NCBI GenBank assembly: GCA_001772665.1
Contig: MEVH01000022.1
Coordinates: forward strand, 1-51,843
Reading direction: 5' to 3'
Length of the DNA stretch: 51,843 nucleotides
DNA from: a candidate division WWE3 bacterium RIFCSPLOWO2_01_FULL_39_13
GTDB lineage: Bacteria; Patescibacteriota; WWE3; 2-01-FULL-39-13
A model generated the notes under the pieces. That model saw nothing but the letters and a program-made list of their open reading frames with translations, ran no database searches and was not told the DNA's origin. Shown one piece after another: positions 20,724 through 29,629 of this stretch. Each line of letters starts with the position of its first letter. The stretch's first letter is position 1. The translations under genes and the position numbers were made by a program.

Positions 20724-21527
20724 CTAAAGGAAAAATATTAAAAAGAAAATTACTCCTAATAAAACAACAGATTCAATATATGTTCTGACAGTAACCCGGT
20801 GATTTAAATAGCTTAGAATAAAATTATTGCTTACATAATAAAACCCAGCCAGCAAAGCAGAACGCCCGATATCCTCATATGGGTATAAAGTCAAAACCCA
20901 TGCAAGCTGTGACAGCAAAAGAACCTCTAATAGGCCGAATGCACTCGCTGCATCTGAATCTTTTTTAGCATCCTCCCCTGCTCTACCGGCAAAAAAGAAC
21001 CATTTGCTTGTTTTTATAAGAAGAAAAAACAATCCTGAAAAAAGAAATATTTTAAATATTAAATCAGTCAAACCCGAGTTAATAAAGAAGATGCTTTTAT
21101 ATACAATCAAGGACATAAAAAACACAGTCACTACTTGGCTGATAGAAACCATAACTTTTGAAGGCTCAAGAAGGGGAATGTTTTCGTCCTGCCTTTCTGA
21201 CACCATATAGACGTTTATTGAAAGCATATACAGATATGAAATCAAAGAAAGAATAAAAATAAAAGCAAGCTTAGAAGACAACCCAAGATTCGGGAAAAAA
21301 TACAATACCATCAGACCTGATATCTCAAAAAGCAAAAAACTCACAAGCTTATGAAGAACTCTCGAGTCCTCGTATAGTTTAATAAATAGATAGGATGTAA
21401 TCGCCAAAGCTGCAATAAAAGTGCCGATTAATATAAAACCGAACTTATAAAAGTCTGTGGCATAAAGGTAAGATGCGCTAAAAGCAATCTTTATTGATAT
21501 AATCAAAAAACCTAGCTTTCTAGACAT
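20724..21527 (-). CDS. Polytopic membrane protein of unknown function
   Basis: 267-aa ORF with about 8 hydrophobic segments, ending 2 nt from ruvC. No family was recognised. Confidence 0.55.
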   Translation of the reverse strand: MSRKLGFLIISIKIAFSASYLYATDFYKFGFILIGTFIAALAITSYLFIKLYEDSRVLHKLVSFLLFEISGLMVLYFFPNLGLSSKLAFIFILSLISYLYMLSINVYMVSERQDENIPLLEPSKVMVSISQVVTVFFMSLIVYKSIFFINSGLTDLIFKIFLFSGLFFLLIKTSKWFFFAGRAGEDAKKDSDAASAFGLLEVLLLSQLAWVLTLYPYEDIGRSALLAGFYYVSNNFILSYLNHRVTVRTYIESVVLLGVIFFLIFFL

Positions 21528-21529
21528 AA

Positions 21530-22012
21530 TCAGCTCTTTGACAAAACTTTTATACCATGGCAGATCGCGATCGCGAGCGCATCAGAAGCATCTATGGGTT
21601 TTATTGTTGTTTTAATATTCAAAAACTCTGCAACCTTTGCCCTAACAACCTCTTTTTCTGATCTGCCATAGCCAGTCAAAACCATTTTAGCCTGCAGGGC
21701 AGTGTACTCAAAAACCGGGATCTTATGCTCCCCCGCTACAAGGAGGATAATTCCCCTCGATTGGCCTACAGTTATTGCAGTTTTTGTGTTTGTATTAAAG
21801 AAAATCTGTTCAACAATCATTACGTCCGGCTTGTGCTTTTGGACAAGGACTTTTGTACTGTTGTATATTCTCCAAAGCCTTTCTGTCATAAGAAGATCTT
21901 TAGAAGTCTTAATCTGTCCGTAATCTATAGAAGTCATTAAACCATCTGAGTCTGCCGAAACAACACCATATCCGGTTGTTGCCGTACCGGGGTCTACTCC
22001 GAAAAGAATCAT
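21530..22012 (-). CDS. ruvC: Holliday junction resolvase RuvC
   Basis: The N-terminus is ILFGVDPGTATTGYGVV. The length is 160 aa and the catalytic acidic residues are arranged as in RuvC. Confidence 0.9.
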   Translation of the reverse strand: MILFGVDPGTATTGYGVVSADSDGLMTSIDYGQIKTSKDLLMTERLWRIYNSTKVLVQKHKPDVMIVEQIFFNTNTKTAITVGQSRGIILLVAGEHKIPVFEYTALQAKMVLTGYGRSEKEVVRAKVAEFLNIKTTIKPIDASDALAIAICHGIKVLSKS

Positions 22013-22024
22013 ACAATGATATTA

Positions 22025-22558
22025 CTAGATTTGTGCGTTATGGTATATGACCACAATATCGTCAAGTTCTTCAAGCTGGTCTAAAAGGGATTCAAAATGA
22101 TATTTCGTTTTATCTTCGAGAGGTACTCTAAAAACAGGCCGGTCTGGAGATTTCGCAAAAATATAAGAAACGGCTCCTGCCTCTGCCAAGGAACCGCCGT
22201 TTTTCGTGAAAATGTTCCTGATTTCTGATACTGTACGGTTTTTGTTGTCTGTCAGGCAGTTTATCAAAAAGGCTACCCCTCCCGGACCGTATCCTTCGTA
22301 CTGCGACTCAACTATCTGGACACCCTCAAGCTTTCCAGCTCCGCGCTTAATCGCCCGTTCAATATTCTCCTTCGGCATATTCTGCTCTCTAGCTTTATCC
22401 ACGAAAGTTCTTAAAGTCGGGTTAGCTGAAATGTCATCCCCTCCTTCGCGTGTGGCGATTATAATTTCCCTTGCAAGTTTTGAAAACACCTTACCGCGCT
22501 GAGCATCCAGTGCTCCTTTTTTCCTTTTAATAGTGGACCATTTTGAGTGTCCTGACAT
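22025..22558 (-). CDS. yebC: YebC/PmpR-family protein (short form)
   Basis: The N-terminus is [32 protein letters not shown] and the C-terminus is [10 protein letters not shown]. At 177 aa it is shorter than the usual length of about 240 aa. Confidence 0.85.
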   Translation of the reverse strand: MSGHSKWSTIKRKKGALDAQRGKVFSKLAREIIIATREGGDDISANPTLRTFVDKAREQNMPKENIERAIKRGAGKLEGVQIVESQYEGYGPGGVAFLINCLTDNKNRTVSEIRNIFTKNGGSLAEAGAVSYIFAKSPDRPVFRVPLEDKTKYHFESLLDQLEELDDIVVIYHNAQI

Positions 22559-22570
22559 GAATCAATTATA

Positions 22571-23677
22571 TCAGAAACTGGTTAATACAATGGATACCGG
22601 TGTTCGAAAAAACTGCTGATTATAACCAAGATTCTGATCGAGGTCATTGACGTGTATTACTTTCTTAATTCTCAGCGTCTCGGCAAGACGGACTACAGTA
22701 ACCTGTTCAGGATCTTTCGCCACGACTGTGTTTTCTAAGAAATCTACAAAGGAGTTGTCTGTTTCAAGCACCGCGCCTCCGAGGTTTAGAACAACACGAG
22801 CCCCCCACTGGGCAAGGCCAGGCACTTTCGGATCCTTCGAGGCATTAACAATAAAAACCTTTACAGCTTCTTTCTTTACTTCTGAAATACTCAGCCTCTC
22901 GCGCCACAAATTATCCCATTTGCTGGGATCAAGAAGCTGATATTTTGTAAGATCCATCACATAAGAGGATGACTGAGACGTTCTTTTAACAAACTTTATT
23001 ATGTCAGCAATATCTGCTGCCTTCAGATTGGTCAGGGCAATTTCGCGAAAAGTAATTATCAGCTTTGGGATCTTAAATGTATTTCTCAAACGCAAAGCAG
23101 TTGAAAGGTCTGTTTCATCTATGTCTCTAATAATTTCATATATTTCCGCCATTCCAGTGTTGTCTGCAATTATGTATCCATCGACATCCACCGCCAAAAG
23201 CCGAAGGATCGTCTTTCTCATCAAATAAATCCCGCGGTCATCGTCAAGATTTCCGGTTTTATATATGTCAGACAGCGGTCCTTCTCCGTAATTCAATGCA
23301 TATTCTATCGGAACGTCAACCGGAATATGATATACCGCATATCTGTTTGTATCTGGGCTGAAGTTTATAAGTGAAAGTTTTACAATCCTAGATGATTTGT
23401 CATTAATATCGTCAACCTTTATAAGAAGGATATTTGTCTCATAAGATTTCCACACCCTTCCGGTGTCATCTATATCAACATTTGCTACACTGGAAAAAGG
23501 AGCTTTGACAAATTTATAAATTAAAACGGCAGATAAAATCAGGGAGGTAAATAAAATTGAAACGAGACTCAATGCCACTATCCTTGCTTTACGTTTGGTA
23601 TTAGGATATCTGCGCTTTATTTTTTTATTTACTTTTCTCTGTAGACGTGTATAGCCCGCCGTCCCTCTTTTAGGCAT
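22571..23677 (-). CDS. LytR-CpsA-Psr (LCP)-like envelope protein with a LytR_C-like C-terminus
   Basis: An N-terminal TM anchor is followed by NILLIKVDD...SLINFSPDTNRYAVYHIPVDV, which has an LCP-like layout. The C-terminal part KVFIVNASK...GLAQWGARVV resembles LytR_C. Conservation of the catalytic residues is uncertain. Confidence 0.55.
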   Translation of the reverse strand: MPKRGTAGYTRLQRKVNKKIKRRYPNTKRKARIVALSLVSILFTSLILSAVLIYKFVKAPFSSVANVDIDDTGRVWKSYETNILLIKVDDINDKSSRIVKLSLINFSPDTNRYAVYHIPVDVPIEYALNYGEGPLSDIYKTGNLDDDRGIYLMRKTILRLLAVDVDGYIIADNTGMAEIYEIIRDIDETDLSTALRLRNTFKIPKLIITFREIALTNLKAADIADIIKFVKRTSQSSSYVMDLTKYQLLDPSKWDNLWRERLSISEVKKEAVKVFIVNASKDPKVPGLAQWGARVVLNLGGAVLETDNSFVDFLENTVVAKDPEQVTVVRLAETLRIKKVIHVNDLDQNLGYNQQFFRTPVSIVLTSF

Positions 23678-23746
23678 TTTTATATAAAAGCCCTGCCCGT
23701 TTAACCTTTTCTAACATCATATCAGAATATAACTGATATGGACAAT

Positions 23747-23923
23747 ATCAACTACCGCGAGCTTACCATGCCAGAGGCAGGCACAGCGCACGCGGTATGC
23801 TGTAGCGTCGCTTCGTTCCTTGCATTCCCACCTTCGGTGGAAAAGTAGCGTCACTTCGTTCCTTGCATTCCCACCTTCGGTGGAAAAGTAATGCTCGCTT
23901 TGCGAGTTTTATGGCTCAAATCC
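23747..23923 (+). repeat. Modular hairpin element, copy R1 (scaffold plus two 43-nt tandem units plus a terminator-like hairpin)
   Basis: The scaffold ATCAACTACCGCGAGCTTAC...CGCGGTATGCTGTA is followed by 43-mers at 23805-23847 and 23848-23890. Then comes ATGCTCGCTTTGCGAGTTTTATGGCTCAAATCC. Near-identical modules occur at 34204-34273 and 38322-38490. Confidence 0.85.
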
Positions 23924-23980
23924 TCCTGAGGCGGACGAGGACGCAAGTTGGCAGAATCCATAAGAAAATCGTCTTCCCTA

Positions 23981-25684
23981 TCAACGATCTTTTCTAATAG
24001 CCGGATGCTCATGCCCCAAATATTCCCTTTCAGTCAAAGTTTTCAGCTGGTTCTCTTTCTCGTGTTCGAACTTCATTCGATCGAATTTATAGCGCATTAC
24101 CATATTAGAAGCATATTTTCCCCCGAGGAAATGAGGCATAATAACGTAATCAGCTCCACTTTTGTAAAGTCTCTTGGCGTCATATATATTGTGGGCAACA
24201 ACCAGAACAATTGCTTTTAACTTGTCCTTTCGTACAATTTCTAAAATAAAATCATTTGTCTCAAAGTCAGGGATTGTCGAAACAATCATTTTGACATCAA
24301 TCAAATTTAGTTCTTCAAGCAAGTCCACATCCCCTGCATCGCCATATCTGCATAATACTCCTTGATTTTCCAACTGCTCTATTACAACTGGGTTGAAATC
24401 CACGACTAGATATTCTACTTTTAATTCTTTAAATATAGAAACAAAATCGAATCCTATGCGGTTGTAGCCAAAGAGTATTACGTCGTAATTTCTGATACTC
24501 GGCACCCCATCCTCCTTCTTGTCTCTCAAAAATTTGAATACACCCGAAAGATAACGGTAAAGCCCATCTGAATATAAAATCATGTAAGAAGAAAGCGTGA
24601 TTGTAAATAACCCAACAAGAGTGATAATCGATATAATATCTCCGCTTATATGCCCCTGTTTGTGCCCCATCGCAATCATTAGCAGAGAAAATTCGCTGAT
24701 TTGAGCCATAGTTACCGCAGTAAGAAATGACACTCTCTTTTTATAACCAAGTTTTTTCATTACCAGCAGAACTATTACCGGCTTTGCAATCAAAATAAAT
24801 ATAGTAAATATCGTGGCAGCCAAAAGATATTTTTCAACATAACCGATATTTAACTGAAGCCCAAGAAGAATAAAAAACATAATCAAGAAGAAATCTCTGA
24901 GAGGCCTAAGTTTAGCGGACATTTCGTAATGGTATGGAAAAAGCGATAAAGTTACACCAGCAAAAAGTGCACCTATCTCAATTGAAAATCCTAAAACCGC
25001 GAAAAGAGAGGCAACCCCCATTCCCCAGGCTATTGAGAAAAGGAAAAGATATTCTTGAGATCTGGCAAAAAACAAAGCAACTTTAGGAAGGATAAATCTT
25101 GCAAAAATGTAAAAGACAGCAATCATAACTGCCCCGCGGACTATCATACCAAGAGCGATTTCAGATATACTTCCGTTTCGCGAGGTGGAAGTGATGCCAA
25201 TAAGAATTATTGTTACAATAACGTCCTGTACAAGGAGTATTCCCATTGAAATTTTCGCGTGGAGTTTTTCAATGTCTCCCTTGTCAGATAATAGTTTTAA
25301 AATAATGATAGTACTGCTGAATGTAAATGCTATACCGAGATAGATTGACTCAATCCACGAGAAATTAAAAACTCTAACAAGTACTATTCCAATAGCAGCA
25401 GTAAAAATTATCTGCAAGAACCCTGCGATAAGAGATACTTTGCCGACCTCTCGGACAACTTTAAGGCTTAGGCTCAAGCCAATGATAAACAGTAAAAGAG
25501 CAACTCCAAAATCAGAAAAAACCTGCAGAGACGACGGTGTTTTTATGATATTTAAAACTGACGGGCCGACCAAGAGTCCAGTTAATATATAGGCAATAAT
25601 AACCGGTTGTTTCGCTATTCGTATTGCTGCCGAAAAGACCGCTGCTACAGCAAGAACAAGACTTATTTCAACGAAAGTATCCAT
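23981..25684 (-). CDS. Monovalent cation:proton antiporter (CPA2, Kef-type) with a C-terminal RCK/TrkA-N domain
   Basis: 567 aa. About 12 TM segments form a Na+/H+ exchanger-like N-terminal part. A Rossmann motif (ILFGYNRIGFD) lies in the C-terminal part. Confidence 0.85.
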   Translation of the reverse strand: MDTFVEISLVLAVAAVFSAAIRIAKQPVIIAYILTGLLVGPSVLNIIKTPSSLQVFSDFGVALLLFIIGLSLSLKVVREVGKVSLIAGFLQIIFTAAIGIVLVRVFNFSWIESIYLGIAFTFSSTIIILKLLSDKGDIEKLHAKISMGILLVQDVIVTIILIGITSTSRNGSISEIALGMIVRGAVMIAVFYIFARFILPKVALFFARSQEYLFLFSIAWGMGVASLFAVLGFSIEIGALFAGVTLSLFPYHYEMSAKLRPLRDFFLIMFFILLGLQLNIGYVEKYLLAATIFTIFILIAKPVIVLLVMKKLGYKKRVSFLTAVTMAQISEFSLLMIAMGHKQGHISGDIISIITLVGLFTITLSSYMILYSDGLYRYLSGVFKFLRDKKEDGVPSIRNYDVILFGYNRIGFDFVSIFKELKVEYLVVDFNPVVIEQLENQGVLCRYGDAGDVDLLEELNLIDVKMIVSTIPDFETNDFILEIVRKDKLKAIVLVVAHNIYDAKRLYKSGADYVIMPHFLGGKYASNMVMRYKFDRMKFEHEKENQLKTLTEREYLGHEHPAIRKDR

Positions 25685-25706
25685 AATAAATCCTGTCCTT
25701 TAGAAA

Positions 25707-26552
25707 TCAGCGCTTTAAATTTCCAGCTTCAGTCGCCACAGGGCGACTTCTTAGGCCATCGCAGGTGGCCGATTTCTCTAAAAAGTCTAGCATATTTTGC
25801 ATATCTACGGGGATTTCAGATTTTATATCCATTCTTCTGCCGTCTGCTGGATGGTTGAATTTAAGCCTCATAGCGTGAAGATACTGCCTTTTGTACATTT
25901 CCTTGTTTTTTAAGGATCTTACTCTTCCAGAATATATTTTATCGCCTATCACAGGATGGCTAAGCGCTGTTAGATGAACTCTGATCTGATGAGTTCTGCC
26001 CGATTTAGGAATACATTCGACCAGCGCAAACTGGCTTGAGAAATCAATAAAATAATTATGTATTACTTTTATTTCAGTTACAGCGGTTCTTCCATTCTCT
26101 ACTACGGCAAATCTTTCGCGATTTTTAGGGTTGCGTCCGATAGGAGCATCTATCTCAATCACTCCCCCGTCTGGAACATCCACAAAAATTCCATAGACAA
26201 TCGCTGTGTAAGTTTTTTCTACTGTACGGGTTTTGAATTGCTCCTGCAGGGCTTTAAAAGTATTAGCGTCTTTGGCAATTAGAATTATTCCTGATGTTTC
26301 CTTATCAAGCCGGTGAACCAAACCAAGACGGCTCATAAATTCTTTCTCTTTGGTTTCTATTTTAATAACATTCGACTTTTCTATCCAGTCCTGAAGTGTA
26401 AATCCGTTATAAGTGTCTGAACGGTTTACCACCATCCCAGCAGGCTTCAGAACAGCAAGAAGAAAATCGTCCTCATAAAGGATTTTAACTGAAACAACTT
26501 CAGGGGATATATGCGGGCTCACCGCTTTCTCTTTTCGATGATTTCTTTGCAT
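25707..26552 (-). CDS. rluD: RluA-family pseudouridine synthase (RluD-like)
   Basis: The catalytic motif HRLDKETSGIILIAK is present, and GRTHQIRVH lies downstream. Confidence 0.9.
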   Translation of the reverse strand: MQRNHRKEKAVSPHISPEVVSVKILYEDDFLLAVLKPAGMVVNRSDTYNGFTLQDWIEKSNVIKIETKEKEFMSRLGLVHRLDKETSGIILIAKDANTFKALQEQFKTRTVEKTYTAIVYGIFVDVPDGGVIEIDAPIGRNPKNRERFAVVENGRTAVTEIKVIHNYFIDFSSQFALVECIPKSGRTHQIRVHLTALSHPVIGDKIYSGRVRSLKNKEMYKRQYLHAMRLKFNHPADGRRMDIKSEIPVDMQNMLDFLEKSATCDGLRSRPVATEAGNLKR

Positions 26553-27586
26553 TTAATGCAGTATCTTGCAGTTGGGTACGCAACAAGCCTTGGCACACTA
26601 ATCTTATTTCCACAGTTTTCACAAGTGCCGTATTTTTTGTTTTTTATACGCGACAGGGCACCTAATATTTCCTGCCTGGATTTTTTGAGTTCTGTCAAAA
26701 TAACACTGGTATTCTGGTGCTCAAGCAAATCGTCAGCTTCTTCTTCTGGCGAATCGACATTTCGAAACCCGTCATCTTTATATTCCTGAATAAATGGATC
26801 CTTTTCTGCCAGCCTTTCGGCTTCTTTTTCTACTTCCTTGCTGCTTTTAATTAACTTATCCTTTATTCTTTTAACAAAATTACTATCTAATGATGCTTTG
26901 AAATTCATATTGGATTTTTTTTGGCCTGTATGTCTTTTAATAAAAATAAAGGACCCGGCTAGAACAGACAAATAAAACACTAATTGAAAATACCAGAACC
27001 ATGAAGAAAGATTCACATAAACAAGCAGAAAAAGGATAGCAATTAGGCTCGAACCGGTCAAGTACACCGCAAGAAGGCCTCCTGTAAAAATCGGCCTGTT
27101 TGCCCGCTTTAAAATGAGAAACTGGGCACTGTTTCCCATATATTTTCTGTATTTCAGAAACCTTATTATAAGGTACAAAAGCGCAAATCCTGCAAATATA
27201 AGCAAATGGGAAAGCTGTCTCACCCAAAGCCAAAAGCCCAAAAAGAAAATACATTGAAAAATTGCGAGCCCGGGGGCAATCATATCACCTACTTTAAGAG
27301 CTTCCCATTTATTCCGCCTTATAAGCAAATATGCGAAGACAGCACCTCCAACAAGAACCCCTTCTAATATCAGCGAAGAGGACAAAATTTCATATCTGAA
27401 GTAATTGAGGCTTATTGGTCTGAACAAGAGCTTGCCTCCGAGGAGGCCTCCTAAAATAATAATCAAAAAAGAGTCTATAATTTTGTCGGTGCTGAAGCCT
27501 TCAGCTGTTGCATCCTTCCAGTACACGAAGGCAAAAGTAATAAATGCAAGTATAGTGAAGAAAATCGTAAGCTGGCCTAGATTCAT
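26519..27586 (-). CDS. Fusion protein: Lgt-like polytopic membrane domain plus a C-terminal DksA/TraR-type C4 zinc finger
   Basis: The N-terminal ~220 aa align by eye with prolipoprotein diacylglyceryl transferase (RRNKWEALKVGDMIAPGLAI versus [21 protein letters not shown]), but FFLGFW replaces GRLGNF. The C-terminus is a coiled coil followed by CENCGNKISVPRLVAYPTARYCIKC. Confidence 0.7.
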   Translation of the reverse strand: MNLGQLTIFFTILAFITFAFVYWKDATAEGFSTDKIIDSFLIIILGGLLGGKLLFRPISLNYFRYEILSSSLILEGVLVGGAVFAYLLIRRNKWEALKVGDMIAPGLAIFQCIFFLGFWLWVRQLSHLLIFAGFALLYLIIRFLKYRKYMGNSAQFLILKRANRPIFTGGLLAVYLTGSSLIAILFLLVYVNLSSWFWYFQLVFYLSVLAGSFIFIKRHTGQKKSNMNFKASLDSNFVKRIKDKLIKSSKEVEKEAERLAEKDPFIQEYKDDGFRNVDSPEEEADDLLEHQNTSVILTELKKSRQEILGALSRIKNKKYGTCENCGNKISVPRLVAYPTARYCIKCKEIIEKRKR

Positions 27587-27671
27587 ATGATTTCCGCTTT
27601 CTGGTAGACATTATACCCGTATTTTCGCTCATCCGCATTCGAAACTGGAGTCAAGTACACAAAGCGGACTT

Positions 27672-28997
27672 CTAGAATGGTCGGTTCACGGTAGTTGATC
27701 TATGGTCTGCATGCCTGGGTTTTACTACTGCATAGGCCATCAGCATAAGTAATGCTATCGCAAATATTATTTTGTTGATTCCAAAGACATCGGCTAGATG
27801 TCCGGCAAGAAGAATTGGCAGGAAAGCAGCAATTGTGACGCCGGTCTGCAGAACTCCGTATATCCTTCCCCTCATTTTTTCTTCTGTTTTAGACTGAAGG
27901 CGTGTATTGTTAACAATAATAATAAATGCATTAAACAATCCGGCGCATCCCATAAAAAGGATACTGAAAAATAAAAGATCTACCCCAAGAAATGTATTGT
28001 AAGCAAATGGGAGGTTTTTAGAAATCTGGATATTGCGAGAAAACATTTCAAACCCAACTCTATGTATAACAGATAGCATAGCAAGGGAGATAAAACCTCC
28101 TATGAAGCCGATGTTAACAATCTTGTCGCGGTTCAATTTTTTGCCGAAGCGATTAAGATATATTGATCCAATGACCATTCCCACTGCAACTGGGGCAACA
28201 AGATAGAGACTTGTCTGTTCAACTTTAAGTCCCAAAACCTCTACAGCGTATCCGGGCAGAAGGGTCAATAATGTACCCGTTAATACCTGAGAAAGCGCGA
28301 GATAATAAATCGGGAGTTTTACATTATTGTGTCTTTTTATATAAGAGATTCCTTTTTTAAACTCCAAGATTACCTGGTCAGAAAGCTTTGACAAATTGAG
28401 CTTGATTTTTTCGCTGGGCGGAAAATTAATAGTATATACTAGGTATGCCGAAATCAGAAATAGGATGGTCAAAAAAACGATTGTAAAATTAAATTGCAGC
28501 ATCTCAAGAAGAAATCCGGCCGAGACAAATCCAATAATCTGAGCAATGAAATAAGTCATAGAATAGATTGAATTTGCCGAAAGCAAATCTCCCCTTTTGA
28601 CTATCAGAGGAATTGCAGAAGCTTCTGCAGGGAAAAAAAACTGGGTAATAGAATTGAGAATAAAAGCCAGTGCAACGGTAACCAGTAGATTGTTTGTTGC
28701 AAACAAAAGAATCAGTATAAAAAGAGCCCTTAAAATTATTGACCATACCAGCGTTTTTTTGTTATCAAGATAATCAACAATTACACCAGCCGGAGCTCCA
28801 AATATCAGCGCGGCGACGCCAAAGCTTATAATTACATACGAAACTGCTCCATTGCTTTTGGTTGCGTTGTAAGCCGATATCGCTAAAACAAAAGTTAAAA
28901 TATTAACTGAAGACTGGGACAATATCTGGGCTAACCAAAGCTTTAGAAAATTTTTGTTGACAAAAACCGAAAGAAATATCTTTTTTACTGCGGTCAT
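27672..28997 (-). CDS. MFS transporter
   Basis: 441 aa with about 12 TM segments in a 6+6 layout. Its start overlaps the efp stop (ATGA). Confidence 0.8.
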   Translation of the reverse strand: MTAVKKIFLSVFVNKNFLKLWLAQILSQSSVNILTFVLAISAYNATKSNGAVSYVIISFGVAALIFGAPAGVIVDYLDNKKTLVWSIILRALFILILLFATNNLLVTVALAFILNSITQFFFPAEASAIPLIVKRGDLLSANSIYSMTYFIAQIIGFVSAGFLLEMLQFNFTIVFLTILFLISAYLVYTINFPPSEKIKLNLSKLSDQVILEFKKGISYIKRHNNVKLPIYYLALSQVLTGTLLTLLPGYAVEVLGLKVEQTSLYLVAPVAVGMVIGSIYLNRFGKKLNRDKIVNIGFIGGFISLAMLSVIHRVGFEMFSRNIQISKNLPFAYNTFLGVDLLFFSILFMGCAGLFNAFIIIVNNTRLQSKTEEKMRGRIYGVLQTGVTIAAFLPILLAGHLADVFGINKIIFAIALLMLMAYAVVKPRHADHRSTTVNRPF

Positions 28998-29560
28998 CTT
29001 TGGGTGCCTCTGCCTGAATAATCTCCTGTTGAGGTGTTTATTTTCACTATTTCTCCGGCTTTAATAAATGAAGGGACTTCAACTTTTAATCCATTTTCAA
29101 GGACTGCTGCTGCAGTAACCTGGCCGGAGGTGTTTCCCCGAACAGCAGGAGGAACCTCAGCAACCTTGAGAAAAATGCTAGCAGGAAGAATCAAAGAAAT
29201 GATATTCCCTTCAAAGTAAACGACCTGGTAGTCTTTCCCTTCTTGGAGAAATTTTGATTCGTGCTCAATGATAGAAACATTAACTTCAGTTTCGGTATAT
29301 TCTTGCATGTCCATAAAATGAAGCTTCTCGCCGTCGTTATAAAGGAACTGGAGATTGCGGTTTTCAAGGTCAGCTTCTTCGAGGCGGTCGCCGTTATTAA
29401 AAGACAGCTCTTTTATTGCCCCGCTTTCAAGATTCTGAACCTTTACTTTGATTGTCGCACCACCGCGGGCTGTTTTTATGTGCTCGTAATTTAAAACCTT
29501 ATATGGATTGTTGCTGTGGACAAAAAGAGTCCCGTTTCGAAGTTCATTTACGTTAATCAT
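28994..29560 (-). CDS. efp: Elongation factor P
   Basis: 188 aa. The N-terminal sequence is NELRNGTLFVHSNNPYKVLNYEHIKTARGGATIKVKVQNLESG. The three-domain length is typical of EF-P. Confidence 0.95.
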   Translation of the reverse strand: MINVNELRNGTLFVHSNNPYKVLNYEHIKTARGGATIKVKVQNLESGAIKELSFNNGDRLEEADLENRNLQFLYNDGEKLHFMDMQEYTETEVNVSIIEHESKFLQEGKDYQVVYFEGNIISLILPASIFLKVAEVPPAVRGNTSGQVTAAAVLENGLKVEVPSFIKAGEIVKINTSTGDYSGRGTQR

Positions 29561-29629
29561 ATTGTGGCAAAACTAAATATGCAGCCAGTGCCAGGTATTG
29601 TCAAGAAGATGGGAGGCTGTCCCCAGAGG

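Noticed and set aside
23805-23890. The 43-nt repeats as a CRISPR array
   Set aside because: The units are directly abutting with no spacers. There are only 2-2.6 copies, and no cas genes are in the window.
23948-24220. ORF 23948-24220 (+) downstream of repeat R1
   Set aside because: It starts with TTG, is antisense to the well-supported C-terminus of the CPA2 antiporter, and has low-complexity content.
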